Origin: a virus
DNA: 64,000 bases
Direction: 5' to 3' (one strand)
IMG/VR virus record: IMGVR_UViG_3300035208_003507
Coordinates: 1,080-65,079 of that record
The position numbers and the translations under genes are program-made. Of this stretch, positions 47,492-58,600 are shown piece by piece. Position 1 is the first letter of the stretch. Each line of letters opens with the position of its first letter. The notes beneath the pieces are model-generated. The model worked only from the letters and a program-made list of their open reading frames with translations. It made no database searches and was not told the origin of the DNA.

Positions 47492-50137
47492 ATGGCATCC
47501 GTTACAGATAGAAGACTAGCCATAAGAACAGAAAAACTTGTAAAAGCTTATCTAGTTAATGGAGTATTGCCCGACGAAGCTCGTGTAGAAGAAGATCTCA
47601 AACTCCAATTGGGAAACTTTCTTAATGCAATAACGGGTGAGTACAAGATTGAAGAACCCATCTGGCTTCATGATCCTATCGCCTATAGAGAAACATCTGA
47701 TTATGTGAAATGGAATCTCACCCAGGCTTCAGCATTAGAAGATATACAAATACTATATGCCGATTTTACAGATGATGCGCGTCATCTTACCGACAAACTC
47801 TACGAAACAATTACAGCCACGCAATTAGCCCGTGTTCAATTACAAAAACTTATGGGGAGAATCGAAAACCTTCTTCTTCTTTCAAATGATGCAGATGGTT
47901 TTATATATTCTTTCTTTGACACATTCGCTGATCAGTCTAAAATATCTTATACTACACCATACACCAGTAGTGTATTGGTTAATGCTGATAAGCAACAAGT
48001 CGAACTAGCACTAGATTTAGACTCAGGGGTAGAAGGGGTTCAGCAAGAAACAGAAATAGCTAATCTAATATTTCTACAAAACAGCCCGAGCGATATATCT
48101 GTTTCATTCCTAAACAATATAGCAACTGGCGGGATACGTTCTCTTTCCAATGGTCAGCTAACAGATATCTTTAATAATAAAGCAATCGCCTGGCAAAAAG
48201 AAGTAGAACTTACTGGCCCCGGCCCCCTACAAATGGAGTTAATTGTACGTATCGCTCCGTTAGCTCCTATACAAGTTAATAAAATAGAACTAGAAACCAA
48301 GATGACAAACCCTGGTAACGGGGTTATGATTCAAGTTCAATACTCACTAGATGGCACCTCCTATAAGGATATACCATCAGCTAGTAATCCTCAATATGTG
48401 GGCCAGGGAGCTGTATTCAATTTCAGCACAATTAGTGCATCACACATCAAATTCTTAGTTACTAAGAATATGGCAGACAATGGGAAGGTTTATAATATAG
48501 GGTTCCAATATATTAACTTTGTCAAAGTTAAATATCTATCAAGTGGTGACCTCTATTCGATCCCCATCACTCTTCCAGATAATCGGAACATAGGAAAGGT
48601 TGCCTGTGAGGTTTGCGAAATTAAACCAGAAGGCACCGACATCGAATACAGTATAGTAAGAGGCTCAACTGAAGTCAAAATTTCTCCTACTTCAGATAGC
48701 CAACCAAAATATAGCAAGATCATAGATATAGGATCTTTAACAGAGGTGGAAAAAGATCTCTATTCAACCGCGGGGAACCTAGTCTGGACCGCTGATGGAA
48801 GTGGGCATCTCTCAATTGATATACGAGATATAGCCTCAGATACAAATGAGTTGGACCTGAAAGACCCGACTATCCTCCAAACTATTACACTCCATAGGAA
48901 TATAGGCCCTAATATTTCTTCCATAGCAGTGGCTAGTGGGGTAGAGGGTTATTGGGTAGAACCTGCTCATGCCTCAGGTTATTTCCAAACCTATGGGTCA
49001 ATCTCTAATGAGGTTGATGCTACATTCGATTCAGAGATTGAAACAGTCATTATTGATAATCGTTCTCTAGCCGGCGTCAAAGACCTAACTGAAGGGATAC
49101 ATAAAGTAGCTATTGAAGATCTAGACGCATTACAAAATGAAGTAACAACAAAGTTTGATTACTATTTCGCACGAAATGCGGAATATGTTTCCCCATTCGA
49201 TTTCTTATATAATTATGGAACAGAAGATCTGGGTATCTTCACCTACGATGCATCTAGTGGACTTCTTACAATCAATGCCATTCCATCAGGTGTAGTAGTT
49301 CCCAAAGTGGACTACGAAGAAAGTTTTGAAGCTCTGACAAGTACTATTAATCCAGAGGATCTATATAAATCATCGGGGGCTAAACTAACTGGTGTTACCT
49401 ATACTGTAACCAATAGTATTTTAGAAGAGGGAGATTCAATTGTTGTGACAGTAGGGACCAACCCACGATGGGTAGATAAGATTGATCTTATACTTGCCAT
49501 CGATACTAAACTAGCCCTTCAGATAACCCATTCCTTAGATAATATTAACTATACTACAGATATTACTTCTACACCAGCGGCCTTACCAGGAACACAGAAT
49601 ATAACTAGTATTAGATATACGGTACCCATCTATACTAAATATATTAAGGTTACCCTGCTTGAGGGTTCTGGTGTCATAGATGATACTCCATCTGTTTATC
49701 CACCAGTATTCAAAGCAACCAGAACTATTAAATCTTTACCCATATATTTACCTACTGGCAATACATGGTCAAAACTTATAGACAATAATAAGGCGACACA
49801 AAACCAAGCCCTTGAAATAAGTAATGCTTTTAGTGAAGCGATACTGGGTTCTTACAATCCTAATGTGGGGAATAATTATCAGCTAGATATTTCCTCACTT
49901 TACTGTCCGAAACTTATCCTAACTATTGTCAGTTCAGATGTTGCGGCAGATCCATATGTAGATGGGATTACACTAACGGGAATCCCATTAACTAATGAGC
50001 ATAGCAAAATATTCTTTAGTTACAATGGATTGGTTAGCGAGAATATAGATTCAATTAGATTTCGTGCCCATCTAATAGCTAATTCCCCAGGTATAGCACC
50101 CGTTCTACAGTCTTACCGAGTGAAACTCCTAGGGTAA
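47492..50137 (+). CDS. Structural protein, triad paralog 3
   Basis: N-terminal helix; IQVNKIELE...YSLDGTSY; C-terminal APVLQSYRVKLL. Confidence 0.55.
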   Translation: MASVTDRRLAIRTEKLVKAYLVNGVLPDEARVEEDLKLQLGNFLNAITGEYKIEEPIWLHDPIAYRETSDYVKWNLTQASALEDIQILYADFTDDARHLTDKLYETITATQLARVQLQKLMGRIENLLLLSNDADGFIYSFFDTFADQSKISYTTPYTSSVLVNADKQQVELALDLDSGVEGVQQETEIANLIFLQNSPSDISVSFLNNIATGGIRSLSNGQLTDIFNNKAIAWQKEVELTGPGPLQMELIVRIAPLAPIQVNKIELETKMTNPGNGVMIQVQYSLDGTSYKDIPSASNPQYVGQGAVFNFSTISASHIKFLVTKNMADNGKVYNIGFQYINFVKVKYLSSGDLYSIPITLPDNRNIGKVACEVCEIKPEGTDIEYSIVRGSTEVKISPTSDSQPKYSKIIDIGSLTEVEKDLYSTAGNLVWTADGSGHLSIDIRDIASDTNELDLKDPTILQTITLHRNIGPNISSIAVASGVEGYWVEPAHASGYFQTYGSISNEVDATFDSEIETVIIDNRSLAGVKDLTEGIHKVAIEDLDALQNEVTTKFDYYFARNAEYVSPFDFLYNYGTEDLGIFTYDASSGLLTINAIPSGVVVPKVDYEESFEALTSTINPEDLYKSSGAKLTGVTYTVTNSILEEGDSIVVTVGTNPRWVDKIDLILAIDTKLALQITHSLDNINYTTDITSTPAALPGTQNITSIRYTVPIYTKYIKVTLLEGSGVIDDTPSVYPPVFKATRTIKSLPIYLPTGNTWSKLIDNNKATQNQALEISNAFSEAILGSYNPNVGNNYQLDISSLYCPKLILTIVSSDVAADPYVDGITLTGIPLTNEHSKIFFSYNGLVSENIDSIRFRAHLIANSPGIAPVLQSYRVKLLG

Positions 50138-50151
50138 ATAACCCAAAAAAC

Positions 50152-50167
50152 GTTAGAATATATACGG
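50152..50167 (+). promoter_or_regulatory. Putative late promoter motif GTTAGAATATATACGG
   Basis: Intergenic and preceded by an A-tract. Confidence 0.5.
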
Positions 50168-50175
50168 AGATTACT

Positions 50176-51225
50176 GTGCTAAACTTTTCCATTAGATCAT
50201 TATCGGGGAATTACCGCGGCAACTCGAGCAATCGATGTGCCGATGTTCTTGCCATATCCAATTCCTTTATGGAAATTCTTAAAGATTTGCAGGCTTATGA
50301 TACTCGCCTCCTAAGTCTAGAAAGTCTAACTGGAATTGATATTACCAATGATAGCTTTACTGCCAATACTATAAGTGGAACTATTATTCTTGAAGGCTCA
50401 CTCCCTGGCTCGAAGTTAGAAAACGGAACAATTACCGGAGATAAGATTGTTACCAATTCTATCTACGGGATTAAAAACGCTAATATAGCAAGTGATGCAG
50501 CAATAGATGCTAGCAAGATTAATTTTGGAGCACTTAATCATAGTACCCTCCTGGGGATTGGCACTCTTACCCACGACCAACTTGAATCACTTATTGCAGG
50601 CTTGACCATAAGCGTAACTACCAACGCGAATAATATTGGCATCAACGGCACTGCCATCTCAAGCATTAATACATTCCTCGGCAATCGTACTTTAAATACA
50701 GCAGCTACAGATGTAACCGCGGCTATAAACGAACTAGATGGAAAAGTTGATACCATTTATACTCCAGTAACTGATCTTGAAACAATAAATGCTACCTATC
50801 TAACAGCCACATCTAGTCCTAAAGTTCCTACTTCAGCCTTTTGGTTAGAGATGACTGGTAATAAAGTGACGCTTACTGAAGGTGAGTGGGAATTACATGG
50901 ATCTATTGACTTTAGTAACAACGGGGGTAACCCAGGTTATACGTGTTTAAATGGTCGCTGGTCTAGTGGAAATGGTACGGGCCTCCCGAATCCTCTCGTG
51001 ACTTTCTCTGGTTCTAAACTGGCCTCATTTGGTGATATGCCAAACCAAGGTTTTATGAATACAGATACAGGTTCATGGGCGACATATTTATTTAATCTTC
51101 CGACATGGCGTGTCGAAGTAGCTGCTTCAGCAGCTATAGATACCTATGCAGTGCCTTATGCTCTAGGAAGTGCCTTAGCTAGTGGCCTAGTCACATCTTA
51201 TATTTATGCAAGAAGAGTTAACTAA
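50176..51225 (+). CDS. Short tail fibre-like protein
   Basis: GTITGDKI/AAIDASKI fibre repeats and LNTAATDVTAAINEL motif; beta-rich C-terminus. Confidence 0.55.
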   Translation: MLNFSIRSLSGNYRGNSSNRCADVLAISNSFMEILKDLQAYDTRLLSLESLTGIDITNDSFTANTISGTIILEGSLPGSKLENGTITGDKIVTNSIYGIKNANIASDAAIDASKINFGALNHSTLLGIGTLTHDQLESLIAGLTISVTTNANNIGINGTAISSINTFLGNRTLNTAATDVTAAINELDGKVDTIYTPVTDLETINATYLTATSSPKVPTSAFWLEMTGNKVTLTEGEWELHGSIDFSNNGGNPGYTCLNGRWSSGNGTGLPNPLVTFSGSKLASFGDMPNQGFMNTDTGSWATYLFNLPTWRVEVAASAAIDTYAVPYALGSALASGLVTSYIYARRVN

Positions 51226-51251
51226 AAATCAGAACAAGGAAAGATACTTCA

Positions 51252-51455
51252 ATGTTCTCCTCAACTGAATCCACTGAACCTTCGCAAAATGGAAACAACG
51301 ATCCTATTACGAACTTAAGAGTCCTTTTCTACCAGATACTAGAACAAGAGGGACCACCAGAAGATTTTAAATCAAAACAACTCATTAAGGAAAATAATTA
51401 TTCCATTAAAGAGTTCTTCCTAAATAAGAAACTAGAACATCTTAAATCAAAATAA
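51252..51455 (+). CDS. Small hypothetical protein
   Basis: ORF with AAGGA RBS that fills the gap. Confidence 0.4.
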   Translation: MFSSTESTEPSQNGNNDPITNLRVLFYQILEQEGPPEDFKSKQLIKENNYSIKEFFLNKKLEHLKSK

Positions 51456-51469
51456 TATCGAGTATCCCA

Positions 51470-51754
51470 ATGCCACCCGAAGAAAATGGCTCTAACAATA
51501 ACGGATCCTCAAATGGTAACGGGACCAATAGCTGGATTATGTACCAGCGACTTGTGCTTGCCGAAATGGAACGTCATAATGAAGATATCTGTACTCTTAA
51601 AAAAGATCAAAACACCCAGAGAACAGACTTTGAAGTACTCAAGGCTAAAATTCTAGCCTATGGTTTAATAGGGGGGACAGCTGCCGGCTTAATTACATCA
51701 GCTATAATTCAACTCATTCTTCATTTTATTATTAAAGCAACTGGTACAAGCTAA
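51470..51754 (+). CDS. Small membrane protein (coiled coil + C-terminal TM; holin-like)
   Basis: ILAYGLIGGTAAGLITSAIIQLILHFII transmembrane segment. Confidence 0.5.
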   Translation: MPPEENGSNNNGSSNGNGTNSWIMYQRLVLAEMERHNEDICTLKKDQNTQRTDFEVLKAKILAYGLIGGTAAGLITSAIIQLILHFIIKATGTS

Positions 51755-52422
51755 TGACGTGTCCTACAACCTCCTCTCTTACGAAACTAGCAGACGCTAT
51801 CAAGATCCTAAACGAACAGATAGGACAGTTGCCAGGTCGTCTTGAACTAAAACAGTTAACCACCATACTAAGTGTCGAACTAGAAACTCTACGCACTGAA
51901 ATAGAAGCCCTAGAAGATAGCACCGATATAGCAACCTTAATAACACAAGCAGCGGTAAATTGGGTAACAAGCACTCGGTTCAATCAGGCAATCATAGCCA
52001 TAACCAATGAGTTGGATCGCCTTCAAACACAAGTAAACAATCTAGATCCGGCCTCTGATATTGCGACAGCACTAGAGAATGCTGCTCTAAACTGGGTTAC
52101 CACAACACGTTTTAACCAAAGTCTAACAGCAGTAGCCGCGGAAATCGCAGCTCTTCAATGTCAGATAGATGAACTTCGTCTTATGATTACCCTAGGTGAA
52201 GCTGTATTCGATGAACAACCAGCTGGTATCATAAACGGCTCCAACAATATCTTTACTCTTCGCCACACACCTACACCGGCTAATAGCATACAGTTAATAG
52301 TTGATGGATCTGTTCTTGACTACGGAGCAGATTATACAATGAGTGCCAATACCATTACGATTACTAATAGCGCATTTATCCCCGTTCCTAGTGGAACATT
52401 TAGTTCCAACTATAGGTATTAA
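51754..52422 (+). CDS. Coiled-coil protein with internal duplication and C-terminal small beta domain
   Basis: DIAT...A.NWVT.TRFNQ occurs twice; NGSNNIFTL...LIVDG...GADYT domain common in phage virion proteins. Confidence 0.6.
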   Translation: MTCPTTSSLTKLADAIKILNEQIGQLPGRLELKQLTTILSVELETLRTEIEALEDSTDIATLITQAAVNWVTSTRFNQAIIAITNELDRLQTQVNNLDPASDIATALENAALNWVTTTRFNQSLTAVAAEIAALQCQIDELRLMITLGEAVFDEQPAGIINGSNNIFTLRHTPTPANSIQLIVDGSVLDYGADYTMSANTITITNSAFIPVPSGTFSSNYRY

Positions 52423-52424
52423 GA

Positions 52425-52586
52425 ATGGACACCCCCCAAACTCAACTTAGATGGACACGTATTGAAGTACCTATCCCTGGTGACAAATTAGCTTTGTTGG
52501 CACAAGTACCTCAAGTGCCAGAGCTTGGATCACTGCTCGTAAAGGAACCGGCACAATTTTCTTTAGATTTTCGTCTAGAAGACTAG
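52425..52586 (+). CDS. 53-aa small protein (not in ORF track)
   Basis: MDTPQTQLRWTRIEVPIPGDKLALLAQVPQVPELGSLLVKEPAQFSLDFRLED*; starts 2 nt after the upstream stop and fills the gap. Confidence 0.45.
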   Translation: MDTPQTQLRWTRIEVPIPGDKLALLAQVPQVPELGSLLVKEPAQFSLDFRLED

Positions 52587-52624
52587 ACGCAGAGTTTAAA
52601 TCCCCTAATAAGAAATAAGAGACA

Positions 52625-55600
52625 ATGCCACAGGTTCAATGGACTCCAGTTAGATCACTATCTAACACTTATTCTGGCTACTCCGGCTACTCAGGATTCG
52701 GAGTATCTGGCTATAGTGGCTTGTCCGGATATAGTGGAGGAACTGGAAGTAATGGTACTTCTGGTTATTCAGGATTTAGTGGTGAACCTGGGCAAAGTTA
52801 TCCTGGCGAATCTGGTTACTCAGGGTATAGTGGTCAAGATGGGGTAATAGGGAAAGATGGTGCATCTGGCTATAGCGGCTCAGGCATATCAGGTTATAGT
52901 GGTTTCTCAGGAATAGGTTACTCTGGATTTAGTGGCTACAGTGGCCAAGATGGTCTTGCATCCTCTTCAGGATATTCTGGATATAGTGGATCTGGTCTAT
53001 CAGGATACAGTGGTTATTCAGGTATCTCCGGGTGGTCGGGTTACTCTGGAATAAGTGGCTACTCTGGTTTCTCTGGCAAGTCTGGGTACTCTGGATTCTG
53101 TGGTCTATCCGGATATTCAGGTTTCTCCAGTCCATCAGGCTATAGTGGTTATAGTGGATTAAGTGGATACTCTGGTTACAGTGGACTGAGCGGTTATTCA
53201 GGATATTCTGGTTCGGGTTTATCTGGTTACTCGGGTTATAGCGGATCTGGTACCAGTGGCTATTCAGGTTACTCCGGGATCTCAGGTTATTCCGGTTTTA
53301 GTGGTCTCAGTGGCTACAGTGGTTTTAGTGGCAAGTCTGGGTACTCAGGGTACTCAGGTATTAGTGGATGGAGTGGCTACTGTGGGCTTAGTGGTTATAG
53401 TGGCTTCTCGGGTCCTTCTGGATATTCTGGATATTGTGGACTCTCAGGTTACTCTGGTTACTCAGGTTCTGGTGTATCTGGCTACAGTGGCTATAGCGGT
53501 TCTGGTCTTTCGGGTTATAGTGGCTACTCTGGAAGTGGTCTAAGTGGGTACAGTGGTTTCAGTGGAAACTCAGGATACAGTGGATACTGTGGACTGAGCG
53601 GCTATTCGGGTTTCTCTGGTATATCAGGTTGGAGTGGTTATTCTGGCATCTCAGGCTACTCTGGATTCTGTGGCCTGTCTGGATACAGTGGTTTTAGTGG
53701 CCCAAGTGGTTACTCAGGATACTGCGGTCTCTCCGGCTACTCAGGGTTCAGTGGGCCGAGTGGTTATTCGGGTTTCAGTGGTCTAAGTGGTTACTCAGGA
53801 TTTTGTGGTTTGTCTGGCTATAGTGGTTTCTCTGGACCATCAGGATATTCAGGATATTGTGGACTATCTGGTTACTCTGGGTTCTCCGGAAAGTCTGGTT
53901 ACTCTGGATTTTGTGGGTTGTCCGGGTACAGCGGTTTTTGCGGACTTAGTGGTTACTCGGGCTTTAGTGGGAGCGGAGTCTCGGGTTATTCCGGTTTCAG
54001 TGGTAGTGGGCTATCCGGATATTCTGGCTTCTCTGGTTCTGGAGTCTCCGGCTACTCTGGGTACAGCGGCCTTAGCGGATACAGCGGCTACAGTGGGCTG
54101 AGTGGGTACTCTGGTTACTGTGGGCTAAGCGGATTTTCCGGTTTAAGTGGCTGGAGCGGGTTTAGCGGGAAGTCTGGTTACAGTGGGTTCTCTGGCCCAT
54201 CAGGCTATTCAGGTTTCAGCGGTCTGTCCGGATACAGTGGATATTCGGGTTCAGGTGTTAGTGGGTATTCCGGATACAGTGGCTTTTGCGGGCTCTCGGG
54301 GTATTCCGGATTTAGTGGACCAAGTGGCTATTCGGGGTTCTGTGGGTTGTCTGGCTACTCCGGATTTAGTGGCCCAAGTGGTTACTCGGGATTTTCAGGA
54401 CTAAGCGGCTATTCCGGATTCTCAGGTAAGTCGGGCTACTCAGGATTTTCTGGTCTCTCCGGATATAGCGGATTCAGTGGACCAAGTGGGTATTCCGGTT
54501 ACTGCGGATTATCGGGCTACAGTGGCTACAGCGGATCGGGGGTAAGCGGGTACTCTGGATTCAGCGGATCGGGCGTGAGTGGCTACAGCGGATTCTGCGG
54601 TCTGTCCGGATACTCCGGTTACTGTGGGCTTTCCGGATACAGTGGGTTTAGTGGCTCTGGAGTTAGCGGCTATTCTGGATTCTCCGGCAAGAGTGGTTAC
54701 TCTGGTTATAGCGGGCTTTCAGGCTATAGTGGTTTTTCCGGACCTTCAGGTTACTCAGGATACTCAGGAAAGTCTGGATACTCGGGATTTAGTGGAAGCG
54801 GTCTCTCGGGGTACTCAGGATATAGTGGTTCAGGGATATCGGGCTACAGTGGCTACTGTGGGCTTTCGGGCTATAGTGGCCCTTCGGGGTATTCGGGATA
54901 TTGTGGCTTAAGTGGATACTCTGGTTTCTGTGGTCTGTCGGGGTATAGTGGGTTTAGCGGAAAGTCAGGTTACAGTGGTTTTTGTGGTTTGTCAGGATAC
55001 TCTGGATACTCCGGACCATCAGGTTATAGTGGATACTGCGGCCTTTCAGGTTACAGCGGCTACTCCGGATCAGGAGTATCGGGATATTCTGGATACTCTG
55101 GATTTTCTGGTCTATCCGGTTATAGTGGCTTCAGTGGTAGCGGGCTCTCCGGCTACAGTGGATTCTCCGGTCTGAGTGGTTACTCAGGTTTCTGTGGGTT
55201 GTCGGGCTATTCAGGTTTCTGTGGCCTGAGCGGCTACAGCGGTTTTTCAGGTAAGTCTGGCTATAGTGGATTCAGTGGGCCGAGCGGTTACTCAGGCTAT
55301 TCCGGACTAAGTGGATATAGCGGCTATTCTGGACCTTCCGGGTATTCCGGGTCAGGCGTATCCGGTTATTCAGGATACTCTGGAATCAGCGGATACAGTG
55401 GCTATTGTGGACTCTCAGGTTACAGTGGGTATAGCGGTTCTGGAATAAGTGGTTATTCTGGATTTTCTGGAAAATCAGGCTACTCAGGGTACAGCGGTAT
55501 TTCAGGTTATTCTGGTTTTTGTGGATTGTCTGGATACAGTGGATATTCGGGTTCTGGAGTTAGTGGCTATTCAGGTTATTCTGGCAAAAGTGGTTATAGC

Positions 55601-58600
55601 GGATTCTCTGGACCATCGGGATTCAGTGGGTATTGTGGGCTCTCTGGCTACTCAGGATTTAGTGGCAGTGGTGTTTCGGGATATAGCGGGTTCTGTGGAC
55701 TTTCAGGATATTCGGGCTTCAGTGGTATCTCTGGTTGGTCTGGTTATTGCGGGTTATCAGGTTATAGTGGTTATAGCGGAAGTGGTCTTAGTGGTTACTC
55801 AGGTTTCTGTGGACTTTCTGGTTACAGTGGATTCAGTGGAAAATCTGGATACTCTGGTTTTTGTGGTTTAAGTGGTTACAGTGGTGTTTCTGGATCAGGC
55901 CTCTCTGGTTATTCTGGATTCTCGGGTTCTTCTGGTTATTCAGGTTATTGCGGGTTATCCGGCTACAGTGGATATTCAGGCAAGTCAGGATATTCCGGGT
56001 TGAGTGGTTACTCAGGTTTTAGTGGAAAATCTGGATATTCAGGATACTCAGGGTACTGTGGTCTGTCCGGCTATTCGGGTTTCTCGGGCCTATCAGGGTA
56101 TAGTGGCTATTGCGGTTTGAGTGGTTACTCAGGTTATTCAGGTTCTGGTGTATCAGGTTACTCGGGATATAGTGGCTCGGGTACATCTGGTTATTCTGGG
56201 TTCTCTGGCATATCTGGTTACTCTGGTTTTAGTGGTCTATCGGGATATTCAGGTTATTCAGGTTCGGGCATCAGTGGTTATTCTGGTTACAGCGGTAGTG
56301 GAGTATCTGGGTACAGTGGTTTCTGTGGTCTCTCGGGTTACTCGGGTTATTGCGGGTTGTCTGGATACAGTGGGTTCTGTGGCCTTAGTGGCTATTCAGG
56401 TTTTTCTGGCAAGTCAGGATACAGTGGCTACTGTGGACTAAGTGGTTACTCTGGTTTCTCTGGTAAATCCGGCTACAGTGGATTCTGTGGGCTCAGTGGT
56501 TATTCGGGTTTTTCTGGTATCTCAGGATATAGTGGGGCATCGGGTAACCTGTCCTTATATGTCCCATATACAGGAGCTACTGGTACTGTAAACTTGGGGG
56601 CACAAGCACTTACTACTACAGGAGCTATAACAGGCGGCAGTCTAACTGGCACTTATATCTATGGCGGTAATTTTGAAACCGGTTATCTAGCTACGCACCC
56701 TGAAGCCCCAGGAGTTGTCCTTCCTTATATAGAAAATGATATAGCATTTCTATTAACCAAGGGATACACCTGTTCTATTTATACAACAGATTCAGTTGAC
56801 TATACTCAGCTTACATTAAATAATACAGGGACCATCTCGACTACTCCTACTAACTGTTTTGATGGCAAGCCTACATATTTTCAATTTACTGTAGGTGCTA
56901 CAACTGATGTGGTTGTAATCGATATAACCTGTCCCAGTTTTTCCTGGGGAAGTATTGTCTATATAGATTATGGATCTGCCTACTGGAGAGCTAAAGATAC
57001 ATCATTGTATCTTTGGCGTGATAGTGTTCTTAACACAGAACAAGTATATAGACTATTAAGTGCTAGTACTAATGTGCCTGTTGGCCATAAATATAATAGT
57101 GTAAGCTATCACTGGAATAATGGAAGTACAACACAATACGATTTCAATAGAATAAGATACATAATAACAAACTTCAACGTTACAACACCTCGAATAGCAC
57201 AAATAGGCGTCGTTAATTTTAATAGTGCAGGGCTATCTAATACCCATCTAAATCTAGGTGGGGGTACCATGTATGGGCAAATTGCTTCTGTTGTTGCCAC
57301 TGGTACTTCACCTCTCTCTGTTGCATCTACTACAGTCAATACTAATCTAAACGCCGATCTATTAGACGGTCATCACTGGAGCGAAATATCCACTATATCT
57401 GGCTATAGTGGATATAGTGGCTTCTCGGGTAAATCGGGTTACTCTGGATATTCGGGTATCAGCGGGTGGTCAGGTTATTCGGGAATTTCTGGATACTCTG
57501 GATACAGTGGCCCGTCAGGTTACTCAGGATACTGTGGTCTATCAGGATACAGTGGGTATTCAGGAAGTGGTTTATCAGGTTACTCGGGATTTTCTGGTAA
57601 GAGCGGTTATAGCGGCTTCAGTGGCATATCGGGTTACTCAGGCTATTGTGGACTTTCCGGTTGGTCGGGTTATTCTGGACTGAGTGGTTACTCTGGATAC
57701 TGCGGACTAAGTGGATATAGTGGCTTCAGCGGAAAGTCTGGATACTCAGGATTCTGCGGGTTGTCAGGCTATAGTGGATTTAGTGGCAAGTCAGGTTACA
57801 GTGGTTTTTGTGGGTTGTCAGGATACTCTGGCTACTCTGGCCTATCAGGATACTCGGGCTACTCGGGAAGTGGCCTATCAGGATATTCGGGATTCAGTGG
57901 ATCTGGCCTGAGCGGATACTCAGGATACTCTGGCTTTAGTGGACCCAGTGGGTATTCAGGCTATTGCGGTCTATCGGGATACTCGGGCTACAGTGGTTCT
58001 GGACTCTCAGGCTATAGCGGGTTTTCTGGTAAGTCGGGCTACAGTGGCTACTGCGGATTAAGTGGTTACTCAGGTTTCTCCGGACCTTCAGGTTATTCGG
58101 GCTACTGTGGCTTGTCGGGATACAGTGGATACTCTGGTTCTGGTATCAGTGGCTATTCTGGGTATTCAGGCAAAAGTGGTTACTCTGGATACTCAGGCCC
58201 CAGTGGCTATAGCGGTTTCTCAGGGCTCTCAGGTTACTCTGGTTATTGTGGCTTGTCTGGATATTCTGGCTATAGCGGAAGTGGTTTAAGTGGGTATAGT
58301 GGGTTTTCTGGTAAATCGGGGTATTCTGGTTTTTCAGGACCATCAGGTTATTCGGGATATTGTGGTCTATCAGGATACAGTGGTTATTGTGGACTCAGTG
58401 GATATAGTGGTTATTCAGGATCGGGTCTATCAGGATATTCTGGCTTCTCAGGTAAGTCCGGCTACTCGGGCTTCTGTGGTCTAAGCGGATATAGTGGATA
58501 CAGCGGAAGTGGTGTCTCCGGGTATTCTGGATTTAGCGGTTCGGGAGTTTCAGGATACTCTGGCTTTTGTGGACTGAGCGGGTACTCAGGTTTTAGTGGA

